Shown here one piece after another: positions 39,101 to 50,794 of a DNA stretch of 64,000 bases (positions are counted from its first letter, which is position 1; every line of letters begins with the position of its first letter). The notes below the pieces were generated by a model that saw only the letters and a program-made list of their open reading frames with translations, was not told where the DNA came from and ran no database searches. The translations under genes and the position numbers were made by a program. Source of the stretch: Eledone cirrhosa (taxonomy: Eukaryota); the NCBI GenBank assembly GCA_964016885.1, contig OZ024742.1:126294001-126358000 (forward strand), in the 5' to 3' direction.

Positions 39101-39430
39101 GGCAGTATCGGTAGAGGGTTGAACGCCATGCTTTCCAGCATAGATACGTCCCTTTGCGGTCTGAGTTCAAATCCCGCCGAGGTTAACTTTACCTTTCATC
39201 CTTACGGGATCGATAAAATAAAGTACCAGTAATGTACTGAGTAATTTGATGGCCTTGTGCCAAAAGTAGAAACAATTATCATGGCAGTATCGTTAGAGGG
39301 TCGGACGCCATTCTGAGTTCAAATCCCGCCGAGGTTAACTTTGCCTTTCATCCTTACTATGTCGATAAAATAAAGTACCAGCAATGCACTGGGTAATTGC
39401 TGTCCTTGTGCCAAAAGTAGAAACAATTAT
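39101..39430 (+). mobile_element. Two tandem SINE copies (family of 9755-10045)
   Basis: Same head, core and tail. ATTATCAT appears at all three junctions. Confidence 0.85.
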
Positions 39431-41420
39431 CATCCCTATCAACGTCTACAAATATCGCCATCACCAACCTATGGAGGTGCTTCTCTGTGATCATCCGCCT
39501 TGTTAGAATTAGCACCAAATTCTCCCTCAAATCACGCACTATCATCTTTACAAAATATAAATTATCGCCACCGTCAACATACGAAGGTGCTTCTACGTGA
39601 TCACCCGACCTGCTAGAATTAACACCAAATTCTTCCTCAAATCATGCACTGTTGTCTTTAGAAAGGATAAATATCGCCACCTCCAACCTATGGTGGTGCC
39701 TCTATATAATCACTCAACCTGCTACAATTAGCCCCAAATTCTCCCTCAAATCACACACTATCGTTTTTACAAACTACACGTTGGACAATGCTGTCCTGGG
39801 TTCTATGTAAACGAAAAAAAGATGGGTTGATTCTAGCTGGAACGTCTTTGGTCTACTCAAACTGTTTTAACCTGGGGCTTAACAACAACGATAACAACAA
39901 CAACTTCTACACATGCTATTAAACAATTATCATCATCATCATTTCAACTAACCTCAACAATATCATCCCCACCTTCTATTCTGCCACTACCCCCCCCCCT
40001 CCGACTCCACAGCATAACTGTTGTCATTACCAAACCATTATTATCAACATCAACATCATCAGATATACTGCCACCAACACCACAAGCGTCACACGCGTCA
40101 CAGTATGTTACTATTATCACCACTGCCACCGCTACTACACATACACATAATCCTTACTGTTCTTACACTATTACCTCTAAATCTCCTCCCACTTATTTTT
40201 TACACGACCTTAGTCGACGGAAGAAGATCTTTTGCAGGGGAGCCGAGACAGATGGGAGTAATTGCACTCTTCCGTCGAAAAAAAATAGAAGAGAAGGTAA
40301 AAAACGAAGAAAATATTGGATATTGTCCATGAATATATGTATAGAAGAAAACAAAAACATGGATGGTCACGACTGGAATATCCTTTATTATAGATCTGCT
40401 AATCAAGGGTTAAACAGGGCGAAACATCATCGAAAACACAACTACCTTCACCAATATAGAGATATACCATTATCAACATAACTGTTACAACCATCACCAC
40501 CACCATTCACACCCGCCGTCGCCACCATCATCTTTTATTGATTTTTTGTTTTGTTTGTTTATTTTTAATAACGTCGTATGTAACTTCTCGCTACTAGTCA
40601 TAAAGCGTTGTCTCTATCCGTTAATCTCCATCTAACTATCTGTTCATCTCTATCTGTCTATCATCTGCCTGTCCACTTATATAATTCTTCTTACCTATTT
40701 TCTTTCTTTCTATCGGTCGGTCTTCTTCTCAATATTCCTATCCCCCCCCCCCCCCCCCCGTCCATGTGTACACAGATATTCCCTCACACCCTACAGCAAT
40801 CTATGTATATGTAATAAACACGACCTGATAGATAAAGCAACAAAAAAAAAAAAAGTGGTGGGGGTGGAGGGATACAGTGCACACAATGAGAAAACACTAA
40901 GTCTCAGCTGGAATGCCTTAGATCAGGATTAAACTGGTGTAAACAACAAAAATACCCTCTACATAGTTACTCGAACTGCGAGAAATAGTAACCACATTTT
41001 CTTTATATCACACTCAACTGCAAGGTTCCAACCTGTTACAACGTAACCCATATAGCAATAACAAATAATAATAATAATAATAATAATAATAATTTACATT
41101 TGATTTAAATGATTGACTTTCGATACTTTTCTTGAGTTTTGTTGACACAGCACATAACTGAGTGGAGTGGCATCTTAACTTTCTTAATACATTTTTTAAA
41201 TGAAATTTTATTGAGAAACTTTTTCGAAAAGCTATATAAGGAATAGACCTTATCACCTATAGCTTGTAATGCAATTAATTATATATATATATATATATAC
41301 ATACATATATATACATATATATATAATTAATTGCATTACAAGCTATAGGTGATAAGGTCTATTCCTTATATACTTATATACCTATATATATATATAACAA
41401 ATATGTTTTAATATATAATG

Positions 41421-42897
41421 TGAGCTCTGGATCCTCAGCCAGCCGGCTTCTCAACACCAACAGCTAATCAACCTGTTTGCAGAGTCCTTCCCTTCCACCA
41501 CGGTCCCTCCCCCGTCAGCTTGGTGCTCCTTAGGAGCCCCAATCACAGACCTGGTCTTCGAGTCAACCTTCCAATCAAAGATGGTTGGCCTTGAGCAGCT
41601 GCTGAGGAATATCGAAGTTATCGAACCCTATCAAGGTTTCTTCATACTCAGGAACTACCTGTCTATTCCTAAGCTTCTGTATCTGCTCAGGGTCAGCCCC
41701 TCTCACAGATTTCCGTCCTGCCTCCAACGCTTCGACGACCTAATCTTCGAGAAACTCGAGTGCCTGGTCAATGTTAGACTCTCTCCAGAGACCCGCGATC
41801 AGGCTGCGTTGCCCAAGCGATTTGGGGGTCTTGGTCTTCGTAAGTGTTCGTCCCTCTCTCTCCCCTGCTTCCTTTCCTCCACCCATGCTTGCTCCACCCA
41901 CGCTTGCTCCACCCTGGTGAGCAGCATCCTCTCCTCTCCAACAGGAAGTTGGGTGAAGCTCTCCATCAATGGAGTGAGTTGGGCTTGTCTCTTCCTGAGA
42001 AGGTGGAGGACAGTCGAAGTCAGAACTTGGGACAGCATAAGTTTGAAGGCCACCTTCAACTCCCTCTTCGTCCAGTCAGATGCGATTGCAAGGTGCCGCT
42101 TACTATCTGCCAGCACCAAATACTCAGGCGACTGGGTTGATGCCCTACCCGTGGCCAACATTGGTGGCCTGGACAAACTTCGTGTCTCCATCACCCTCAG
42201 AGTGGGAGCTGATGTCTGCATGGGTTTGAGGTGCCGATGTAGCAAACTCCTCGACTCCACAGGTCTTTCCTGCCGCCTGAATGTCGGCTGCTTCGCGCGT
42301 CACACGGAGCTAAACCCCATTCTGAAGAGAGCTTTGGCCCGGGCTAATATCCCCTCAGTCTTGGAACCATCTGGGTTGTCCAGAAGTGACGGCAAAAGAA
42401 CTGACGGTCTTCCCCTGTGCCCCTGGTCGAGAGGCAGGAGCCTTGTCTGGGACGTCACTGTTAGTGACTCTTTTGCTCTTTCCCACACCCTGGATGCTGC
42501 GGTTAGGACGAGAGCCACAGCTTCTGCAGCTGAGCGGAGTAAGACCCTCAAATACTCTGATCTGTCGGCCAGCTACATTTTTCAGCCTGTGGCTTTCGGG
42601 ACTTTTGGGGGAGTCGGGCCGCTGACTGCGGAATTCCTCTGTTCACTGGCGGCTCTCCTAATAGAGGTAGCTGGCGAATCTCGTGAGGGCGCTTGGCTGT
42701 TTCAGCGCATCAGCCTCGCCATCACCCAAGGCAACGTTGCGAGTGCGATGGCTTGCCTCAAAAATCATTAGAGAGGTTGCCCAGTACTCCTCGCGACGTT
42801 GCTGTCTTTTGCTCTGGTGTTGGCTCGGTTGTTCACCCCTTCCTTGACATTTTCTTTAATATTGCAACATTAAAAGAATATATCCTTCTGAATAAAT
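41421..42897 (+). mobile_element. 5'-truncated CRE-clade non-LTR retrotransposon (end of RT/thumb, zinc knuckle, restriction-like endonuclease)
   Basis: ORF 41581-42771: PKLLYLLR, LPKRFGGLG, CRC..LSC, RHTELN..KRTDG..LVWDVTV..E..KTLKY, FQRISLAITQGN. AATAAA at the 3' end. Confidence 0.9.
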
Positions 42898-43140
42898 CGC
42901 GAACTATTTATAATGTTATCGAAGCATTTGTAATGTTATTTATGTATATATTTAAAACATATTTGTTATGTTATTCCATTATATATATATACATACATAT
43001 AAACAATGAGTTATTTGGTTTGTTGATTATTCAACAAAGTTAATTTACAACAGATTAGAAGCACTCAACGTTTTTATCCGGAGTATCATTAATATCAATA
43101 ATATTAATAAATGGAAAATATCTTTTATAAAACCATATTT

Positions 43141-43199
43141 ATTTTATTATACGTATTTCAAGGGTACTAATATTTTAGTACGCTTTCGTGAGATAAAAT
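43141..43199 (-). ncRNA. Hammerhead motif, same family as 22145-22206, with a core mutation
   Basis: attttat-CTCACGA-aagcgtactaa aata ttagtaccctt-GAAA-tacgta-TA-ataaaat. Flank 43015-43140 is similar to 21840-21965. Confidence 0.7.
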
Positions 43200-43267
43200 A
43201 TAATAATTGGTGTAAAGATAGTGACATATCTTCATGTGAACTTCATGTTATAAGTTCAGTGAAGATA

Positions 43268-43307
<40 letters not shown>

Positions 43308-43505
43308 TACATATAGTCACTACTTTAAAACTGATAGCGTATGGTCTTCTAAATGTTTTTAATTAAACATACGGTATATTGCCAAATATACTATACATAC
43401 ATTCATGTATACATCGCAATCACTCTGTATAATCAGCTCCTGATTATTACTGGAATTCTATAAGAATCCAGATCTGTAATTTTCGGCAGAAGCAGGGGAG
43501 TGTGT

Positions 43506-43547
43506 GGTTCTGATGAACGCCAACCAGCATGAAACAGACTGTCAACC
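43506..43547 (+). ncRNA. Minimal type-I hammerhead ribozyme motif with GUC cleavage site
   Basis: ggtt-CTGATGA-acgc caacca gcat-GAAA-cagactg-TC-aacc. Flanks ATTTTCGGC / GCCGAAAAT can extend stem I. Confidence 0.8.
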
Positions 43548-44113
43548 TCTCTGCCTCTTTCGCCGAAAATAAGTGACATAATCACTACTTTAAAACTGAT
43601 AGCGTATGGTCTTCTAAATATTTTTAATTAAATATACTATACGTAAAATGATGATGATGATGATGATACATACATACATTCATATATATATATATATATA
43701 TAAAAAACACACAGTCCACGTTGTAATGTGGCCGTGTAGGTAACACGGTAAAAAGTTCCCAGTTCCACACTGTAAATGTGGTTAGTGTTAGGAAGGGCAT
43801 CCAGCCGTAGAAAACCTGCCAGAAAGTCCTATATGAGCGAGACATGGTCATCCGATCAGCCTTGCCTCAAGTGGGACAACTCCCGTCTAATCCATGCTAG
43901 CGCGGAAAACGGACGTTAAATGAAGATGATGATGATATATAAAATAAGTTATTCCAGGTTGAATCGGAGCTAACCACAGTAAGGTACTCAATACATAGCA
44001 GAGTATAAATGTTTTAATACAGAAGAGCTTCTACAGGACTAGAACTGTTTCATTCGTGATGATTTCTCACGGATGAAACAGTTCTAGTCCTGTAGAAACT
44101 CTTTGCTCAAAAC

Positions 44114-44466
44114 CAGTGGTTCTTAATGTCTATTTTTTACCTTCTTTACTCCAGTGGATCCCCTATGCCAGCCAAAGTAACCCAGGAAAATAAACTAGAG
44201 ACAATATTCTTGTGTGTGTGTATATAAATTTATTTACATTCCACTACTGATTCTGGTTGACAGTATAATTTCTTTTGATTTCTATTAATTCCTTGGTGAT
44301 TTTTTAAAACCAACTGCTTTGGCTCATTGTTTTATTTGTGTTTTTTATTTGTTTTCTCTCTCTAAGGCTTAAGATATTTTCTTTGAAAGCAAATTTTCTC
44401 ATGGATCCTTAAAATACTACCGTGAACCCCCAAAATTCTTATATGGTCTCTTGTTGAGAGTCGCTG
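44114..44466. mobile_element. hAT/Charlie-like MITE
   Basis: CAGTGGTTCTTAA...TTGAGAGTCGCTG. 8-bp TSD CTCAAAAC / CTCTAAAC. Confidence 0.75.
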
Positions 44467-44773
44467 CTCTAAACTGTAGTTGTTGTTGGATATCTGTCGA
44501 ACCTGACGACTGTTCCAGTTAATTTGATCAATGGAACAGCCTGACTGAGAAACTAACGTGTAAGTACAACTCATTTTTGCCAGCAGAGCAACATGAAATA
44601 TAATGTTTTGCTCAAGGACACAATGCGCCTCTGGGAATTCAACACCCAACCTTACAACTGTGAGCCGAAGGCCTTAACCAGGATCAGGGATCAGACTTTC
44701 ACCTACTGAGGCCTTAAGATATATGAAATTTGTGACCCTTCTCTAAAAAAAGAGAATAATATATATATATATA

Positions 44774-45212
44774 TAATGTGGCCGTGTACGCAACACGGTA
44801 AAAACCTCCCAGTCCCACACTGTAAATGTGATTGGTGTTAGGAAGGGCATCCAGCTGTAGAAAACACGCCAGACAGTCCACGCTGTAATGTGGCCGTGTA
44901 GGCAACACGGTAAAAACCTCCCAGCCCCACACTGTAAATGTGATTGGTGTTAGGAAGGGCATCCAGCTGTAGAAAACACGCCAGACAGTCCACGCTGTAA
45001 TGTGGCCGTGTAGGCAACACGGTAAAAACCTCCCAGCCCCACACTGTAAATGTGGTTGGTGTTAGGAAGGGCATCCAGCTGTAGAAAACCCGCCAGACAG
45101 TCCTATGCGAGCAAGACAACCATTCTTACCTCAAGTGGGAAAACTCCCGTCCAAACCCATGCAAGCGTGGAACATGGACGTTAAACGATGATGATGATGA
45201 TGATGATGATGA
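44774..45212 (+). repeat. RTE 3' UTR with a 112-bp unit in three tandem copies
   Basis: Unit starts at 44774, 44886 and 44998, followed by the normal tail and (GAT)n. Confidence 0.9.
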
Positions 45213-45284
45213 TATATCATCATCATTTCATTTTACGCCCACTTTTCCCTGCTTGCAAGGGTGGGACATATATATATTAAAATA

Positions 45285-45960
45285 ACAGATTGAACTTGAT
45301 AGCTTTGATCGTGAGTACTGCAAAAACTGAGACACTTGTCCTCTCGAGGATTCTTGTGCAGTTCATATTACATGTGAATGGAGTTCCACTGAAGCAGATG
45401 GAGAATTTCAAGAATCTTGGGGCTGTGTTCACAAGTAATGGAAGGCAGGAGGCTGAATTAATTGCAAGAGCTTGTGCAGTAATGTGCCAGCTTCAGCATT
45501 CGGTAACCAGAAGGGAGGTTGGTGTAAAAGCTAAACTCGCTGTCTTCAATTCGGTTTTGTGTCATGAATCTTGGGTAATGACCAAAAGAATATTATCACA
45601 AATACAAACAGCCAAAATGGGGTTCCTTCGAAGGTCTTTGGAGTAATGTTACTCAATAGAGTGCGTAGCTCAGAGATCAGAGAGTCACTGCAAGTAGAAC
45701 CTCCACTTCTCAGAATTGAGAGACCACAGCTCCTATACTATGGACATGTGGTTAGAATGTTACAGGAAAGAATTGCTGGACAAATTTTACAGGCAAAACC
45801 AACCAGCAGGAGACCCAGGAGCAGACCCCAAATAGAATAGTTGGATAACATGCATGAGCTTGGCTGGTCTCGCTTAGGGATCCAGCCGGACCTACTGGAA
45901 GGAGTGTTTGAGTACATTGCTCCTACAACCCTCCCAGGAATAAGTGGGTGAAAAAGAAGA
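45285..45960 (+). mobile_element. Second RTE family, 3' fragment
   Basis: STAKTETLVLSR..FKNLG..ESWVMT..YGHVVRM..RPRSRP. Minus-strand relatives at ~6460-6690, 53830-54370 and 57258-57905. Confidence 0.8.
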
Positions 45961-47805
45961 GGATCCCGAAGGTATGTGGCCCTAAGCTACAGCTTATTTA
46001 GTTTATATGTAAGCCCTCCATTGGCCCTATCCCCTAAGCCATGCGTCTTCGTATATTGCGAAATAAAAAAAAAAACATATAACACTTTCATTATCTGCTA
46101 ATGTTTTCATTTCATTCAATCTTTAATTGTTGATAACTCAGAAATCTTATTAACACGTTATCCTATTTCATGTTGATAATGAAAAATATCAGTTAAAATA
46201 ATTTTCTAATGTCATTTCTACAAATATGAATTGTCTTCTTCTTCACCCACTTATCCTGGGAGGGTCGTATAGAGCAGAGTCCTCAAGCACACCTTTCAGC
46301 AGATCCTGTCAGAAATAACCACCTTCTATTGATCCAGATGGATCCCCAACCAGCTGAGTTCATAGATTATAAGATATGAATTGAGAACCAAAGAAAAACA
46401 ACAATCTTGTATTAAAATTTCATTATCATACGTGTTACCTATATTTTCGAAAATGTATCACTGCAAAATTTCATTAGGAAATATGTATGGTATGGCCCCC
46501 GTTACTCATAAGGGAGTCGTAGGGGCGATGCATTGACAGTTGGCGTTTATTGGGCAGTTTTAAATCTGGCAGTACCCATCTCCCCAGGTCTCAATGCAGC
46601 AGATTTCTTTCAGAGAAGGGTAGAAAGTGAGAAAGAATCAACTCCAGTACTAGACTGGTACATTTTTATCAATCTCAAAAGGTTGAAAGGCAAAGTTGTC
46701 CTCAGCGGGATTTGAACTCAGAGAGCAGGAATGCATACCATAAAGCACTCTATCCTACGTTCTAACAACTCTGCCAATTTTCTGCCTTATAGAGGATAAG
46801 GGGACATTCAACTCAGGTTACATCATTTTGTTTACAGTAAATATTTTTGTAGTTTCTCTTATATGGAATGGGCCTCCATTGGTTTTGATGAGGGTTCAAG
46901 TCATTCAAACAAGGACGCAACCTGTTGATGAAATTAGCAAGAAGTGGCTGAGCATTCCACAGACACGTGTACTTTCAGTGCAATTCATAGGGAGATTTAA
47001 TGTGACATGACTGGCCCTTAGAATTACAACTACCATCAATCTATATCAATCCAAAGCTATGGTAAATGCCACATTCCCAAGATTCCATGTTATAGAACTG
47101 AACCCGAAACCCAACGATTGTGAAGCAAACTTCTTACTCATTTGACCATGCTGCGTCCATTATCATATCTATGGCTTATTGTATAACATTAACCCGGGCT
47201 TCATTGCTTGTTAGGCCAAAGAAGGCACACTGTCGAAATATCAGTTGCATTCTGATGTTTGGGGTTGAGCCTGTGGCTGTGGAGACTTCTGGTATTCTTA
47301 GCCCTTGGACCACATCCCTACTCACTACTATAGGGGAAGAGTTACCTACCTTTAGGAGTGAGCTCCACGAATTGGAATGGCTATTCCAACACATCTCCTT
47401 CACCATCCAGGTAGCTGAATTGTCAGTGGTAGTTGCTGAGATGTTGAAAGCATTGGGGATGATAGGCCACAAGTTTGTCACACAGATAGTAAATCAGGAA
47501 TTACAAGATGGAGTCATACCCAATGACTGGCATACAATATTTGATAAAAATAAAGTACCAGTGTCAATATAATTGACTTTCCCCAATGTTAGAAAGAACT
47601 ATGAAGATTATGATATGAAAATGTAGACATTAAAATGATGATGATTATGACATGGGCAATATGTATAAATGCAGAAGTTATGATGATGATAATTATATGG
47701 AAAATGCATGTAAATGTAGATGTTATGATGATGGTCATGATGTTTATGTACATCATTTACATAGACTTCAGAACAAAAGAAAGAAATGGAAAATATTTAC
47801 AATAT

Positions 47806-47811
47806 TTTATT
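47806..47811 (-). promoter_or_regulatory. Candidate polyadenylation signal of the ZRSR2-like gene
   Basis: AATAAA on the - strand about 420 nt downstream of the stop, in a T-rich context. Confidence 0.35.
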
Positions 47812-48229
47812 ATCAAATTAATAATTTAACAGAATTGAAAAAAAAAACATTACAACAAACCTATAAAACTAAAGTTGGCATTGCAATAACACCTTTTTGA
47901 AAAACAAACCAAAAATGAAAATGCTTCTTTAGCCCCCAGGGTTTATAAAGGCTGGCACTCAGCTCCAGTATTATGGTATTAAGCAGATGAAATATTGAAT
48001 CTCCTCTTCGATAGTACACAAGTCTATCACAGGTAAGCACAGCAGATTATCTGCTACTTAATCCCTTGAGCAGCTAAGTGTATCAAGGTAATGGAGAATT
48101 AACTTTACTAACCCACTCAGCAGACAGCATGACAATCAAATGACAGTAGTAGATCTGAACTGAAGATCTATGAGTTTATAGTCACATGCCATATCCATTT
48201 TTGTTCAACAGGGTAATAAGTTTAGTTCT

Positions 48230-48939
48230 TTATGATGATGAAGATGATGATGATGTTTGCCTGAGTACTTTCTTTCTTTTGTGAGACCTAGAGTATGTTT
48301 TCTTACTAATTCTGCCCTTTCCTTGTCTATGATGATTCAATGACTTTTGTTTCAAATTTTTGCTATCAGGAGAAAGAGAATTGTGACAAGACTTCTCAGA
48401 AGATTTTGATCGGGAACGAGATTGTGATCTGAAGTGTTTTCTTGAAGGAGAATGTGATCTGGAGCGTTTTCTCGAAGGGGAACGTGATTTGGAGTGTTTT
48501 CTTGAAGGAGAACGTGATTTGGAGTGTTTTCTTGAAGGAGAACGAGATCTGGACTGTTTTCTTGAATGAGGACGTGATCTGGAGTGTTTTCTTGAACGTG
48601 AACGTGATCTGGAGTGTTTTCTCAAAGGAGTATGTCTGCTACTTCTTCGACTGTAAGAAGAGGAGGGACTAGAATCACGGTGTCGATTGTGACGAGAGCG
48701 GCTGGAACTGTGCCTTGTAGGTGAAAGAGACTGTCGCCAAAATGACCGATGATGTCTTGAGGAATTGCTTCGATAAGAACTTCTTGAATGAGATCGATAA
48801 TCATCATGGTTGTTATAGTAGCGAATATTATCTGAACGTAAATTTCGATCGGTTTGTTGAAATTCCCTGGTTGGATTTTTAAAAACATGTAGAAAATTGC
48901 AGGCTTTTCCTTTGTGGCACCGATTCTCACTATAAAGAC
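48230..48939 (-). CDS. ZRSR2: Terminal coding exon of a U2AF35-related splicing factor (end of second CCCH finger plus RS domain)
   Basis: GLYSENRCHKGKACNFLHVFKNPTREF matches the ZRSR2 motif CGL....CPRGKHCNFLHVFRNP, followed by a long RS tail and a stop. Acceptor ttcctattttcttcaag at 48940. Upstream exons were not found in the window. Confidence 0.9.
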
Positions 48940-50191
48940 CTTGAAGAAAATAGGAAGTTTTTAAACATAAAAACATTGAAACAAATATTTTTAACTGTAA
49001 ATCATTTAACCCTTTTATTATATGAAAGAAAGTCTATTATTTTCAAATAATTAAAGGTTTACAAATATAATTAGCTTTAACACTATCAAGCTGGTGTTTG
49101 GAGTTAACTTAACAAATATTCTTAAATAAAATTATAAGGTTTATAGATAAATATGAACTGAAAATATCTCAGAACCAAGGGCAATTTCAGGCAAGGAATA
49201 TTCAGTGTGAAATATCAAAAATGACATGCAAATATTTATGCTTGCGCGCGTGTGTGTGTGGTTGTGTGAACAGATGTCATAGATATCAGCAAGCTAAGCC
49301 ATCACTACTTCAAACTTAGAACAAAAGCAGAGCCTATCCTTCATTATGGTTCTGAGACTTGGACCTTGCATTCTCATCTACAAAGCCATTTAGCTGGATG
49401 TTACACTACCCTTCTGAGAAAAGCTCAAAACATTCCTTGGCAGACCCATCCCATGATTAATCTGATATTTGGAAAAATCCCAAAAGTAAGTGCATGACTG
49501 ATTGAACATCGTACAAGGTTTGCTGGTCACTGCTTCCATACAAAAGATGAGATGGATTCAGACCTGACCTCTTGTGGGGGATCTCCTTTATCAGAGAGCT
49601 CAGATACCAGGATACAATAGCAAGAGACACTGGAATTGAAAAGGAAGACCTACAATTGATGGGAGACAGAGACTGTTGGTGTGAAGTGAAGTTGTGCTTG
49701 CTATCTCGCCAAAAGGTGAGGGATAAGATATGATAAGAAGACTTCAAAGATATTAGCCTGGATGGAGTGAGAGAACATTCTCTGGCATTCAGAACCTCAG
49801 GTTTAAACCACTCATGGTTCCAATGGAGAGAACAGAAAACATTACCCTGGAGGATAATGAAGGAGATGCATTGAAATAGCCATTCCAATTCACGGGGATC
49901 ACTCCTGTCAGAGGCCAACTCTGTTCTCTGATAGCAATAGGTAAGGAGGTGGTTTGCGGACCAAGAATGCCAGATGTATCCACCACTTACAGGTTCAACA
50001 ATCAGCCTAATAGTAAGCGGCCAATACTTCAACAACTTCTGATCTTCAGTTTGTCAGGCAATGAGACCAGAATCTGTCTCTGAATGCTGCTGGAGAAAGT
50101 GTTGTTACAAGTTGTGTCTCGGATGTGAAGTAGATTTGGGACCAGACAGCTCCTGTGTACATTCAAAACATATTCTTCAAACCATAACTAA

Positions 50192-50794
50192 TCTAAACTA
50201 TAATAAAGTAAGGAGCGCAGGACTGTGTACGGTTTATAATTTTTTATCCCATTAGTAAAATAAGTTGGATTAGTTTGAATAAATAATTGTTTCTACTTTT
50301 GGCACAAGGCCAGCGATTACCCAGTACATTACTGGTACTTTATTTTATCGACCCCGTAAGGATGAAAGGCAAAGTTAACCTCGGCGGGATTTGAACTCAG
50401 AATGATAAGTTTGAATAAATAATGAATGAATATTACATAATTTATCTACTAAATTTCGTGGCTGTTGATTAAATATATTTTGTTTATTTAAAGATTCACT
50501 TCTTTAAAATTTCTGAAATGTCAACACTTCCGGTTGGCCATTGCTTAAATAAACATACTAATTTTCTCCTAATGCAGTTTATATATAATGTCTTTTTTAA
50601 TGTATCATGGATTATGTTACTGATTAAATAAGACAGTGTAACGCAGTTTTCGTTCAATTTCCATGTATTATATATTGTCAATTACGATTTTATTTGATGT
50701 ATCATATCTACATGTATATATACCTGCATATAATATCAATATACACACTACATATGCCAGCAGAAAACCACCCGAAGGGTGGTTTTTCTGCTAG
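50192..50794 (+). mobile_element. Non-autonomous Helitron containing a SINE (50282-50402, -)
   Basis: A|TCTAAACTATAATAAAG start. Hairpin AGCAGAAAACCACCCGAAGGGTGGTTTTTCTGCT ending in CTAG|T. Confidence 0.85.

Noticed and set aside
44774-45101. CRISPR-like repeat array
   Set aside because: Eukaryotic DNA, contiguous units with no unique spacers, derived from the RTE UTR.
48940-48976. N-terminus of ORF 48230-48976
   Set aside because: This is the intronic pyrimidine tract upstream of the acceptor. The protein starts in exons not found here.
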